From a bacterium (GTDB taxonomy: Bacteria; Hydrothermota; Tepidihabitantia; SM23-42): DNA of 64,000 nucleotides. The notes under the pieces were generated by a model that worked only from the letters and a program-made list of their open reading frames with translations, had not been told where the DNA came from and searched no databases. Positions within the stretch are counted from its first letter, which is position 1; each line of letters opens with the position of its first letter. The position numbers and the translations under genes are program-made. Of this stretch, positions 51,314 to 59,879 are shown piece by piece. The stretch lies in the NCBI GenBank assembly GCA_049647125.1, contig JBARXC010000082.1, positions 26,476-90,475 on the forward strand, read 5' to 3'.

Positions 51314-52611
51314 TTTGCCTCCTCGAGCAATTTCTCAAAAGCCGACTCTTTTACAACAACCTCGTACTTGTTACGCAATTGCTCATAGATATCCTTGCGT
51401 ATCCTATCAATTTTATTATTACGCAACTGTCCGCTAATTCTGGAAAAGGCTTCGTTTAACTTCTGCTCATTGAATTCATCTATGTGCTCGTTATAGTAAT
51501 TGACAACTTCCATAGAATCCACCAATGCTTTTTCCAAAACCTCATCAGAATAGAATTTTTGGTAAGCAAGCAACCCGACAGCGTTTTTAAGCTTTCTCTC
51601 TATCTCGATATTCTTGTCAAAATGAACCCTTAATGCCTTTTCATAGATGAGGTCTGGGATGAGGACGCGTTCAATCAATATCTTAGGGTCTATGAACGAC
51701 TGCCGATATTGATACATAACTGCATCTCTTATCGACTTAACGAGGACGAATGAAGAATCATATTTTTTTATAACCCACATATTGAGGTCCTCTTCAGTTA
51801 TCAGGGAATCTGGTTTCAATAAGGCTTCTAACCCTTCATCATTGTACTCGATCTCGGCATCTTCAATTAGTTTCTTGATAAATTTCTCACCTTGTTCCAT
51901 GGTTTTCTCACGTTTCAGATTTGCTTCAAGTTCGTTGCGAATTTCTTCAAATGTTGGTGAATCCGCTTTTGAGTGCTCGAGTATTTTTATGAGATAATAG
52001 TACTGGCCAAAATTTATAGCCTTGGTTGTCTTGCCAACCTCTATTTTTTTAAACTGATCCATCATTTCAGGTGGTAGGGACATAGCCGAGAAAACTCCAA
52101 TATCGCCATTTTCAGTTATTGTATCTAAGGATAGATGCAAAAGCGACTCAAAAGCGATACCTTTTTTTAGCTCTTGTTCAACAAATAAAGCGAGCGATTC
52201 GTCGGCAACTACGATCTGGGCAATATGATACTGATCAATAATTTTAGCGTATGCCTTCCTCAATTGCGAGTTGGAAACCTTGATTTTGTTCACAACATTC
52301 GCCTCATAATAGCCACGGCTGATTATTTCTTTCTTATGGGTCTCGTAAGCAATCTGCACAACTTGGTCTTGGTCATAACCCTTTGCCTGCGCTTCTTTAA
52401 TAATTAACATTTGGTTGATGAAATCATCAACCTTTCTCACCCGCTGCAAAGAATCCTCAGTAGTAAGGAATTCATGAGTCTCCCTGAAATCAGCAACAGT
52501 GTACTTCTCACCATCGATGGTTACCAAAGTCTGATTCTCAAAAGAACAACTAAGGATTGCTGCAACAAGTGGCATTATCAACAATATATGGTATTTTATC
52601 ATTTTTTTCAT
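51310..52611 (-). CDS. SurA_N/parvulin-type PPIase-like lipoprotein
   Basis: Lipobox AILSC. Parvulin-like YHIAQIVV...NGDIGVF...YYYLIKIL. 4-nt overlap with the downstream paralog. Confidence 0.6.
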   Translation of the reverse strand: MKKMIKYHILLIMPLVAAILSCSFENQTLVTIDGEKYTVADFRETHEFLTTEDSLQRVRKVDDFINQMLIIKEAQAKGYDQDQVVQIAYETHKKEIISRGYYEANVVNKIKVSNSQLRKAYAKIIDQYHIAQIVVADESLALFVEQELKKGIAFESLLHLSLDTITENGDIGVFSAMSLPPEMMDQFKKIEVGKTTKAINFGQYYYLIKILEHSKADSPTFEEIRNELEANLKREKTMEQGEKFIKKLIEDAEIEYNDEGLEALLKPDSLITEEDLNMWVIKKYDSSFVLVKSIRDAVMYQYRQSFIDPKILIERVLIPDLIYEKALRVHFDKNIEIERKLKNAVGLLAYQKFYSDEVLEKALVDSMEVVNYYNEHIDEFNEQKLNEAFSRISGQLRNNKIDRIRKDIYEQLRNKYEVVVKESAFEKLLEEAK

Positions 52612-52647
52612 AAGTTATTTTACACAAGGGAAGCCTAAAGTCAAGCC

Positions 52648-52675
52648 TTGATTTCGCCGTGATAAATGGTATAAT
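52648..52675 (+). promoter_or_regulatory. Sigma70-type promoter (leaderless geometry) for the AI-2E transporter gene
   Basis: TTGATT (52648-52653) - 16 nt - TATAAT (52670-52675). 6 nt to the ATG at 52682, with no SD. Confidence 0.5.
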
Positions 52676-52681
52676 TGTTCA

Positions 52682-53833
52682 ATGCAGAAAATCGTCTTCT
52701 ATATATCAATAGTACTCTTTGCAGGTTTTATCATTCTCTCAAAAACATTCTCGCCTTTGTGGCTCTTGCTGCTCGTCATCGTCTTGCTCTGGTCTTACCG
52801 GCATAATAAGGATATCCGACCTATATTCATCCTCGCGGTCTTCTTTTTCCTCCTTTATTTCGTCTTTCACTATTTCGCGGTCCTGATCCCTTTCATAATC
52901 GGCGCTGGTCTTGCCTACATCCTTGCACCCCTTGTCGGAGTTCTTGAAAAAAGAAAAATTCCCAGAGCCGTAGCCATTTTGATATTCCTCTTACCGATCA
53001 TTGCGATTTTCCCGTTTCTGTTTTTCCTTATGGTTTCAGGTATTGTGAGCGAACTGCAAATCCTTATCGAGAAAATACCCTATGCAATCCAACAAATTCA
53101 AATATCCTCGGGTGCTATTATCAATAAACTCCTTGAGCTGGGTATTGAAATCGACCCTAATATTATCGCGAATACGATAACATCGCATTTGACTAATATA
53201 ATTAGCGGTATCTTCAGGACATTTGGGCAAATTGGTAAAGGCATTGGTGGTATCATTGTAATAGTATACAATTTCGTGTTCATACCGTTGTCGGCGTATC
53301 TTTTCCTTGCGGACCGGGAAAAAATAGTCAAATGGGTGCAAAACCTTTTCAATGTCAGGGATCAAAAACGCATGAACGATTTCTTCAATCAACTCGACAT
53401 TTCCCTGGCGCGCTTTTTCCGCGGTTCCCTGCTGCTCATGTTTATCGTCGGCTTCATCATCGGCTTTTCATTATGGATCCTTGGTATAAAGTACTACCTG
53501 CTTTTAGGATTAATCGCCGGCATCTGCAATCTCATCCCCAATATCGGATATGTTCTAAGTTTCATACCGGCTATCTTGATTGGGTTGTTGAGTCCATCAC
53601 CCGCAGTTAATTTGCTCAAAATTGCGTCGGTATATATCGGTGAACAATTCCTTGAGAATTTCTTCCTTGGTCCAATCATTATCGGGAAATCTTCACACCT
53701 CCACCCGGTTATCGTAATGATCGCCCTTATTCTGGGGGGTACGATATTTGGATTCTGGGGGGTTCTCCTGGCCGTACCCGCCACAATAGTCATTAGAGAA
53801 TTTCTCGACTACTTCCTTGAGCTGAATTTTTAA
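52682..53833 (+). CDS. AI-2E family transporter (PerM/UPF0118)
   Basis: 383 aa, about 8 TM, with the characteristic C-terminal GxxGxxLAVP segment (FGFWGVLLAVPAT). Confidence 0.85.
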   Translation: MQKIVFYISIVLFAGFIILSKTFSPLWLLLLVIVLLWSYRHNKDIRPIFILAVFFFLLYFVFHYFAVLIPFIIGAGLAYILAPLVGVLEKRKIPRAVAILIFLLPIIAIFPFLFFLMVSGIVSELQILIEKIPYAIQQIQISSGAIINKLLELGIEIDPNIIANTITSHLTNIISGIFRTFGQIGKGIGGIIVIVYNFVFIPLSAYLFLADREKIVKWVQNLFNVRDQKRMNDFFNQLDISLARFFRGSLLLMFIVGFIIGFSLWILGIKYYLLLGLIAGICNLIPNIGYVLSFIPAILIGLLSPSPAVNLLKIASVYIGEQFLENFFLGPIIIGKSSHLHPVIVMIALILGGTIFGFWGVLLAVPATIVIREFLDYFLELNF

Positions 53834-53941
53834 AGAATACAACGACTCTGCACAAATCATGGGTTTTCGCAGCAACGAAGCAAAAACAACTATCGCGAAC
53901 AAAACCGAACAAACTGGTAGCAGGTACTCAGTTGTTCGGTT

Positions 53942-54769
53942 TCAGTATTTATATATATTCTCGCCCTTTTTCAGTTCGTATAGATGCACCTTGGCTTGGG
54001 CTGAAGAACTGGAGTTCGGCTGCTTTTCCATGACCCTTTGAAAAATCTGCGTAGCGCTTTTTCGATACTTAATATCCTCGGTTATCTCGTACAAAACCCG
54101 GTATAAATATCCAAGCTCAAGCAAGGCAGGGACATATTCATCACTGGTTTCGTAGTTTGCCGCGAACTCCTCCCACATCTTCAATTCCTCCAGGATCAGC
54201 GGGACTGAATCATTCCAGGGTAAGTTGTTCATCCGGAGGATATGAAGAAGACGATATGATGCCTTTGACGCAAATTTCGTTTCGCCGAAATCCTCAAGAA
54301 TTTCTACATAGGAATCACCAGAATAATACCAGATATTGTATCGCTCATTGAACAAAAATCCACCAAGAGTATCGGCTCGGCTGATCTTAGTTGCTAATTC
54401 CTCTTTGGACATGCCATAATAATAAAGTGCTTCAGCAAGGTGTTCTGACCATTTGAAATAATCGATGAATGTTTCAAAAAGCACCGCTGCTTTTTCGAAT
54501 TCTCCCTGGTCATAATATCCCCGGGCAAATATGAAGAGCCTATCTTCAGCAACCTCTTCATCGAAATCTATTAAGACACCGCTTGATAGTTCACCCACCA
54601 CACCATCAATTCTAACCTTGACCCGACCGTCCAAATGACCGATTATTTCAATTATATCGCCAGTATTTATAACCCTAGTTTTGAGATCGCCTTCATAAAA
54701 CCAGACATTGTCAACGATAACCGCCCCCTGGTTGGCAAGGATGAACACAAGAACCCATAGCGAGATCAT
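53942..54769 (-). CDS. Secreted hypothetical protein (SH3-like N-domain plus TPR-like helical repeats)
   Basis: Signal/anchor sequence. N-terminal beta-rich GDIIEIIGHLDGRVKVRIDGVVGEL. Helical repeats with AxxYY spacing. No catalytic motif seen. Confidence 0.35.
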   Translation of the reverse strand: MISLWVLVFILANQGAVIVDNVWFYEGDLKTRVINTGDIIEIIGHLDGRVKVRIDGVVGELSSGVLIDFDEEVAEDRLFIFARGYYDQGEFEKAAVLFETFIDYFKWSEHLAEALYYYGMSKEELATKISRADTLGGFLFNERYNIWYYSGDSYVEILEDFGETKFASKASYRLLHILRMNNLPWNDSVPLILEELKMWEEFAANYETSDEYVPALLELGYLYRVLYEITEDIKYRKSATQIFQRVMEKQPNSSSSAQAKVHLYELKKGENIYKY

Positions 54770-54845
54770 AGACTAAGTATATGCTACCTGTACATTTAGT
54801 CAAGGATTGACTTCACCGTTTTTTTTGTTATCCTAAATAATATAA

Positions 54846-54877
54846 CTTAGGCTTTTTAGAAATTTAGGCATTTAGGT
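54846..54877. repeat. Four phased TT(T)AGR units in the buk leader
   Basis: cttaggc-ttttaga-atttaggc-atttaggt with 9/8/8-nt spacing, directly upstream of the AAGGAGG SD of buk. Confidence 0.6.
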
Positions 54878-54899
54878 TTTTATTGCATAAGGAGGCTCG

Positions 54900-55970
54900 A
54901 TGGATTTCAATATTTTGGTGATAAACCCAGGCGCTGGTTCAACCAGAATAGCGGTCTTCAAAAATGAACAACCGCTTTTTGAAGAAAACATCAGTCACCA
55001 ACCTGAGGAATTACTGTATTTCCCAAAGATCATTGACCAGTATGAATTCCGCAGAGACAAGGTTCTTTCGCTGCTCACATCCAAAGGGATTGACCTGAAT
55101 ACACTGAACGCCACGGTTGGCAGAGGTGGTCCTTTCAAACCTCTGACCAGCGGTACCTATAAAGTCAACGAGAAATTGATTGAGGATATAAAAACTGGTA
55201 ATTATCAATCCGAGCATCCCTCATTGCTCGGCGCGCTCATCGCCAAGGAAATCGCTGATCAGCTCAAAATCGACGCCTATTTTGTTGACCCGGTTTCAGT
55301 CGATGAATTCTGGGCGCTTTCAAGATACTCAGGGCTCAAGGAAATAAACCGAAAAGCGTTGAGTCATGCATTGAACGTTCGCTTTGTCGCTAAAAAAGCA
55401 GCAGAAGAAATGAATAAACCTTACAACGAATGCAACTTCGTCATTGTCCACCTCGGAACCGGGATAACCATCGCCGCCCATTTCAAGGGCAAACAGGTTG
55501 ATTCATCAAATGCCAATGAAGACGGACCTTTTTCACCCCAAAGAACCGGTGCATTACCGACCATGGCTTTGGCAAAATTATGCTGCGGCAAACTCCAGTA
55601 TTCTGATATCAAGAAAAAGCTGAACCGACAGGGTGGTATGCTTTCCTACCTGGGTACTGACGATATCCAGGAAATCGAGCGGCGCATTTGTCAGAGTGAT
55701 AAGGAAGCAGCAGCTGCATACAATGCCATGATCTACCAAATTGCTAAAGAAATAGGTGCTTATGCAGTCGTGCTCAAAGGAGAAATTGACGCCATTATCA
55801 TCACCGGTGGTATTGCCCATTCTCAAAAATTCGTCGCCTTGTTAAAATCCTGGGTGGGTTTCTTATGTCCGAAATTCTTCGTATACCCGGGCGAAGGAGA
55901 AATGCAAGGCCTTGCCCAGGGTGTGCTGAGAGTCCTTAGAAACGAAGAAACGGCTAAGGTCTATCAGTAA
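54900..55970 (+). CDS. buk: Butyrate (short/branched-chain acyl) kinase
   Basis: ILVINPGAGSTRIAVF ASKHA N-terminus. 356 aa, typical buk length. GIAHS motif near the C-terminus. Confidence 0.9.
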   Translation: MDFNILVINPGAGSTRIAVFKNEQPLFEENISHQPEELLYFPKIIDQYEFRRDKVLSLLTSKGIDLNTLNATVGRGGPFKPLTSGTYKVNEKLIEDIKTGNYQSEHPSLLGALIAKEIADQLKIDAYFVDPVSVDEFWALSRYSGLKEINRKALSHALNVRFVAKKAAEEMNKPYNECNFVIVHLGTGITIAAHFKGKQVDSSNANEDGPFSPQRTGALPTMALAKLCCGKLQYSDIKKKLNRQGGMLSYLGTDDIQEIERRICQSDKEAAAAYNAMIYQIAKEIGAYAVVLKGEIDAIIITGGIAHSQKFVALLKSWVGFLCPKFFVYPGEGEMQGLAQGVLRVLRNEETAKVYQ

Positions 55971-55992
55971 TCTCCGGTCAAGAGCACCGTCT

Positions 55993-56093
55993 GGGGTCAA
56001 ATCTCGACATTGGACATTGAAATATGCAGAAAACCAGCTATGGCGATCCAGAAAAAAAGTTAGAGGGGATGTCCAATGTCGAGATTCGACCCC
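55993..56093. repeat. Long inverted repeat (25-bp arms, 51-nt loop) between buk and trpB2
   Basis: ggggtcaaatctcgacattggacat (55993-56017) versus atgtccaatgtcgagattcgacccc (56069-56093). 24/25 complementary. Confidence 0.8.
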
Positions 56094-56116
56094 ATTATCA
56101 CATTCACTTCTAAACG

Positions 56117-56144
56117 TTGACACCACCTCATATCTGGATATAAT
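56117..56144 (+). promoter_or_regulatory. Sigma70-type promoter upstream of trpB2-iorAB
   Basis: TTGACA (56117-56122) - 16 nt - TATAAT (56139-56144). ~60-nt leader with AAGGAGG. Confidence 0.55.
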
Positions 56145-56208
56145 CAGAACATCCAAAATCCCTCATCTCAGTAGAGAAGGTGGATTTGCATAAGAAAAGG
56201 AGGATTAG

Positions 56209-57501
56209 ATGAACACCATGGTGAATCTAAAGTTCAACGAAATACCGACTCAATGGTATAATATTATGTCTGATTTGCCAGAACCATTACCACCTCCGAA
56301 GGATCCAGAAGAAGGCCCTTCGCGCATAAAGAATTTGCCAAATCTCATGATCGGTGAATGCCTTAATCAAGAGTTCTCTAAGGATAACTGGATTGATATC
56401 CCTGGTGGTATCATGGATTTATATTCAAAAGCAGGTAGACCAAGACCCCTGTTCAGAGCAACAAACTTGGAAAAAAGACTTGATACGCCTGCACGACTTT
56501 ATTACAAGAGTGAGTTCTTCAGCCCCACAGGAAGCCATAAGGTAAATACTGCCCTTGCACAATGTTGGTATGCAAAGCAACAGGGATTTGAAAGAGTAAC
56601 GACGGAAACTGGCGCAGGACAATGGGGAACTGCACTTTCTTATGCTGCAGCAATAAGCGGATTAAAGTGTACTGTCTTCTGGGTGCGGAGTGTTTATAAC
56701 TGGAAACAAGATCGATTAACCTTTATGAAACTTCTCAATGCTGATGTGTATGCTTCACCGAGTCCAATGACTGAATTCGGCAAGACACTATATGACAAAA
56801 ATCCTGAACATGTAGGTTCACTTGGTATTGCAATTTCTGAAGGTTTAGAGGATTCTCACAAAGACCCAAAGGCAGTGTATTGTCTGGGATCAGTTCTAAA
56901 TCATGTTCTCATGCATCAAACAATAATCGGATTAGAGACTCAAAAACAGTTTGAAATCTTTGATGATTATCCAGATATGGTTATTTCATGTTTTGGTGGT
57001 GGCTCGAACTTTGGTGGATTTGCCTTACCTTTTGTCGGTGATGTATTGAAGAAAGGGAAAAAGATAAAGTTCATCGCTGCCCAGAGTAAGGTTTCACCAA
57101 ACCTGCAGGGTAAATATGAATATGACTTTGCTGATTATAATGAAGTAACACCCTTGTTAAAGATGTATACACTGGGACACAAGATTGACATGGAGCCGAT
57201 AAAGGGCGATGGACTGCGGTATCACGGCGCATCGCCGATTGTTAGTTTATTGAGAAACAAAGGTTATATAGATACTATCGCATATCCTGGTGATGAAAAG
57301 TACGTGTTTGAAACTTCAAAAATATTTATGGAAACAGAAGGATGGCTACCAGCTCCAGAATCTGCTTATTCAATCTGCTGTGCAATCGAAGAAGCACTAA
57401 AGTGCAAAGAATCAGGAGAGAAAAAAGTTATTGCCTTTAATGTAAGTGGACATGGATTTCTGGATATTCCAGGGTTTAGGAGTGTGTTAGGATTGAAATA
57501 A
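56209..57501 (+). CDS. trpB2: TrpB-like PLP enzyme, tryptophan synthase beta type 2 (TrpB2)
   Basis: 430 aa with a long N-terminal extension (IPTQWYNIMSDLPEPLPPP). PLP Lys in SPTGSHKVNTA. GGGSNFGG loop. Confidence 0.85.
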   Translation: MNTMVNLKFNEIPTQWYNIMSDLPEPLPPPKDPEEGPSRIKNLPNLMIGECLNQEFSKDNWIDIPGGIMDLYSKAGRPRPLFRATNLEKRLDTPARLYYKSEFFSPTGSHKVNTALAQCWYAKQQGFERVTTETGAGQWGTALSYAAAISGLKCTVFWVRSVYNWKQDRLTFMKLLNADVYASPSPMTEFGKTLYDKNPEHVGSLGIAISEGLEDSHKDPKAVYCLGSVLNHVLMHQTIIGLETQKQFEIFDDYPDMVISCFGGGSNFGGFALPFVGDVLKKGKKIKFIAAQSKVSPNLQGKYEYDFADYNEVTPLLKMYTLGHKIDMEPIKGDGLRYHGASPIVSLLRNKGYIDTIAYPGDEKYVFETSKIFMETEGWLPAPESAYSICCAIEEALKCKESGEKKVIAFNVSGHGFLDIPGFRSVLGLK

Positions 57502-57513
57502 ATTGAGCTATTA

Positions 57514-59274
57514 ATGAAATCCTTACTATCTGGCAACGAGGCAGTAGCACGTGGTGCCTGGGAGGCAGGCGTTACTGTGGCTACTGCCTATCCGGGAACG
57601 CCATCGACTGAAATTGTTGAGAACATCATTAAGTTCCCTGATATCTACTGCGAATGGTCGGTCAATGAAAAGGTGGCCTTAGAAGTCGCTGCTGGTGCAT
57701 GTTTTTCTGGAGCACGGGCGCTAGTGGCAATGAAGCATGTCGGCTTGAATGTTGCAGCAGACCCGATGTTTACAATGAGCTATTCAGGGGTAACCGGTGG
57801 ATTTGTCATTATTTCAGCCGATGATCCTGGGTTATGGTCCTCTCAGAATGAACAAGATAACCGCCACTACGGTAGACATGCAAAGATCCCGATTCTGGAA
57901 CCCTCAGATTCAACTGAGGCAAAACTTTTTACTAAACTTGGTTTCGAGATTTCCGAGAAATTCGATACGCCGGTCCTTTTGAGACTGACCACAAGAATTT
58001 GTCATTCAACCTGCCTGGTCGAACTTGGTAAAAGAGAAAAACCTAAGAGAAAAGCATATGTGAAGGATATCAAAAAACGTCTTTTTCTACCGGCGCACGG
58101 TAGATTACGACATGTTATAATTGAAGCACGGCTGAAAAAATTGACTGCTTTTAGTGAAATTTTATCCTACAATACAATCGAATGGGGTAAGAAAACCATC
58201 GGGATAATCACCTCGGGTATTTCATACCAGTATGCAAAAGAGGCATTTCCCAACGCAAGTTTCTTGAAATTATCTCTTACCCACCCAATCCCTGAAAAAC
58301 TTATAAGACGATTTGCCCATCGGGTAAAGAAAATTATTATTGTTGAGGAAGGCGATCCGATCCTGGAAACAGAAATAGGAGCAATGGGGATAAAGGTTAC
58401 TGGCAAAGCTAAAATCCCGGTGTGCGGTGAGCTGACACAGAGGATAGTAAGGGAGAGCTTTGTCAAAAAAACGAGCGCCAGAGCAAAAGCCCACAAAGTA
58501 CCTGCAAGACCTCCTGTTCTTTGCCCGGGTTGTCCCCACCGCGGGGTTTATCACATAATAAATAAATTGAAACTCACCGTAATCGGAGATATCGGCTGTT
58601 ATACATTAGGCGCTCTACCACCGCTCAATGCAATGGATACCTGCATTTGCATGGGAGCATCAGTCACCAATGCTCATGGTTTAGAAAAAGCGTTAGGTAA
58701 GGATTTCGGTAGGAAATTAGTGGCGGTTATTGGCGACTCGACATTTTTCCATTCCGGAATTAGCGGTTTGGCAAATGCAGTGTATAATAAAGGAAATGTG
58801 AACCTACTCATCCTCGATAATTATACAACTGCAATGACTGGTCATCAACCTCACCCGGGTACTGGTAAACTTGCCAGAGGAGAACAAGGGAAACGAATAC
58901 CGCCTGAGGAAGTTGTCAGAGGATGCGGTGTTGAGTTTTTGAAAATCGTTGATCCTAATGATCTAAAAGCAACCGAGCACGCGATAAAACAAGCTCTTGA
59001 GTTTGATGGCGTTGCTGTTTTAATTTTTAGAAGACCGTGTGCCCTGCTATTAAAATCAAGCCCGGCATATTTTATTGATCCTGATTTATGCAAAGGTTGT
59101 AGACTGTGTCTGCGTATTGGCTGCCCTGCGATAAGTCTGCAATTCTCTAAAGGTCGAGAAAAGCCGCTTGCCGTAATTGATCCAACGCTCTGCTTTGGCT
59201 GTGGGTTATGTGCACAAGTCTGCACTTACCATGCAATCCTTGCGCCAGAAAAAGCAAAAAAAAGCAAAAAATGA
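57514..59274 (+). CDS. iorA: Indolepyruvate:ferredoxin oxidoreductase alpha subunit
   Basis: LSGNEAVARGAWEAGV start. TPP-binding GDSTFFHSG. CPGCPHRG. C-terminal 2x[4Fe-4S] (CKGCRLCLRIGCP, CFGCGLCAQVC). Confidence 0.9.
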   Translation: MKSLLSGNEAVARGAWEAGVTVATAYPGTPSTEIVENIIKFPDIYCEWSVNEKVALEVAAGACFSGARALVAMKHVGLNVAADPMFTMSYSGVTGGFVIISADDPGLWSSQNEQDNRHYGRHAKIPILEPSDSTEAKLFTKLGFEISEKFDTPVLLRLTTRICHSTCLVELGKREKPKRKAYVKDIKKRLFLPAHGRLRHVIIEARLKKLTAFSEILSYNTIEWGKKTIGIITSGISYQYAKEAFPNASFLKLSLTHPIPEKLIRRFAHRVKKIIIVEEGDPILETEIGAMGIKVTGKAKIPVCGELTQRIVRESFVKKTSARAKAHKVPARPPVLCPGCPHRGVYHIINKLKLTVIGDIGCYTLGALPPLNAMDTCICMGASVTNAHGLEKALGKDFGRKLVAVIGDSTFFHSGISGLANAVYNKGNVNLLILDNYTTAMTGHQPHPGTGKLARGEQGKRIPPEEVVRGCGVEFLKIVDPNDLKATEHAIKQALEFDGVAVLIFRRPCALLLKSSPAYFIDPDLCKGCRLCLRIGCPAISLQFSKGREKPLAVIDPTLCFGCGLCAQVCTYHAILAPEKAKKSKK

Positions 59275-59879
59275 AAAGGGATTCATTTGATTTAGTCATC
59301 TGCGGAGTTGGTGGGCAAGGTATTATCCTGGCGTCAAATGTGCTCTGCCACGCGGCATTTCTTGAGGGTTTTGACGTCAAGAAAAGTGAAGTGCACGGCA
59401 TGGCTCAACGCGGGGGCAGTGTTATAACGCATGTAAGAATAGGCGAAGAAATACACTCGCCCTTGATTGAACAAGGAAATAGTGACCTATTATTGGCTTT
59501 TGAAAAATTAGAGGCTTTGCGCTACATTCATTATTTGAAAAAGAACGGTACAGCAATTGTCAATGATCGTGAAATACCACCGATGAGCGTCCTAACTGGT
59601 GCGGCTCAATACCCGGCAAACATAGAAGGTAAACTCAAGCACCATGGTATTATATACTTTGTTGATGCAGAGAAAATCGCCCTTGAATTAGGTAATAGGC
59701 GCACTGTAAATATAATCCTTTTGGGTGTCCTTTCCTGTTTCTTAGGGTTTAAAAAGAAATCGTGGAAAGCAGCGATCGAAAAAAACGTAAAAAAGAAATT
59801 CGTGGATCTAAATGTCGCCGCGTTCAACAAAGGTACATCTCTGTTAAGAAACATGTACAGTATTAAAAAGGAGAAATAA
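59271..59879 (+). CDS. iorB: Indolepyruvate:ferredoxin oxidoreductase beta subunit
   Basis: MKRDSFDLVICGVGGQGIILAS. ATGA overlap with the iorA stop. The track start at 59208 is an upstream extension. Confidence 0.9.
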   Translation: MKRDSFDLVICGVGGQGIILASNVLCHAAFLEGFDVKKSEVHGMAQRGGSVITHVRIGEEIHSPLIEQGNSDLLLAFEKLEALRYIHYLKKNGTAIVNDREIPPMSVLTGAAQYPANIEGKLKHHGIIYFVDAEKIALELGNRRTVNIILLGVLSCFLGFKKKSWKAAIEKNVKKKFVDLNVAAFNKGTSLLRNMYSIKKEK

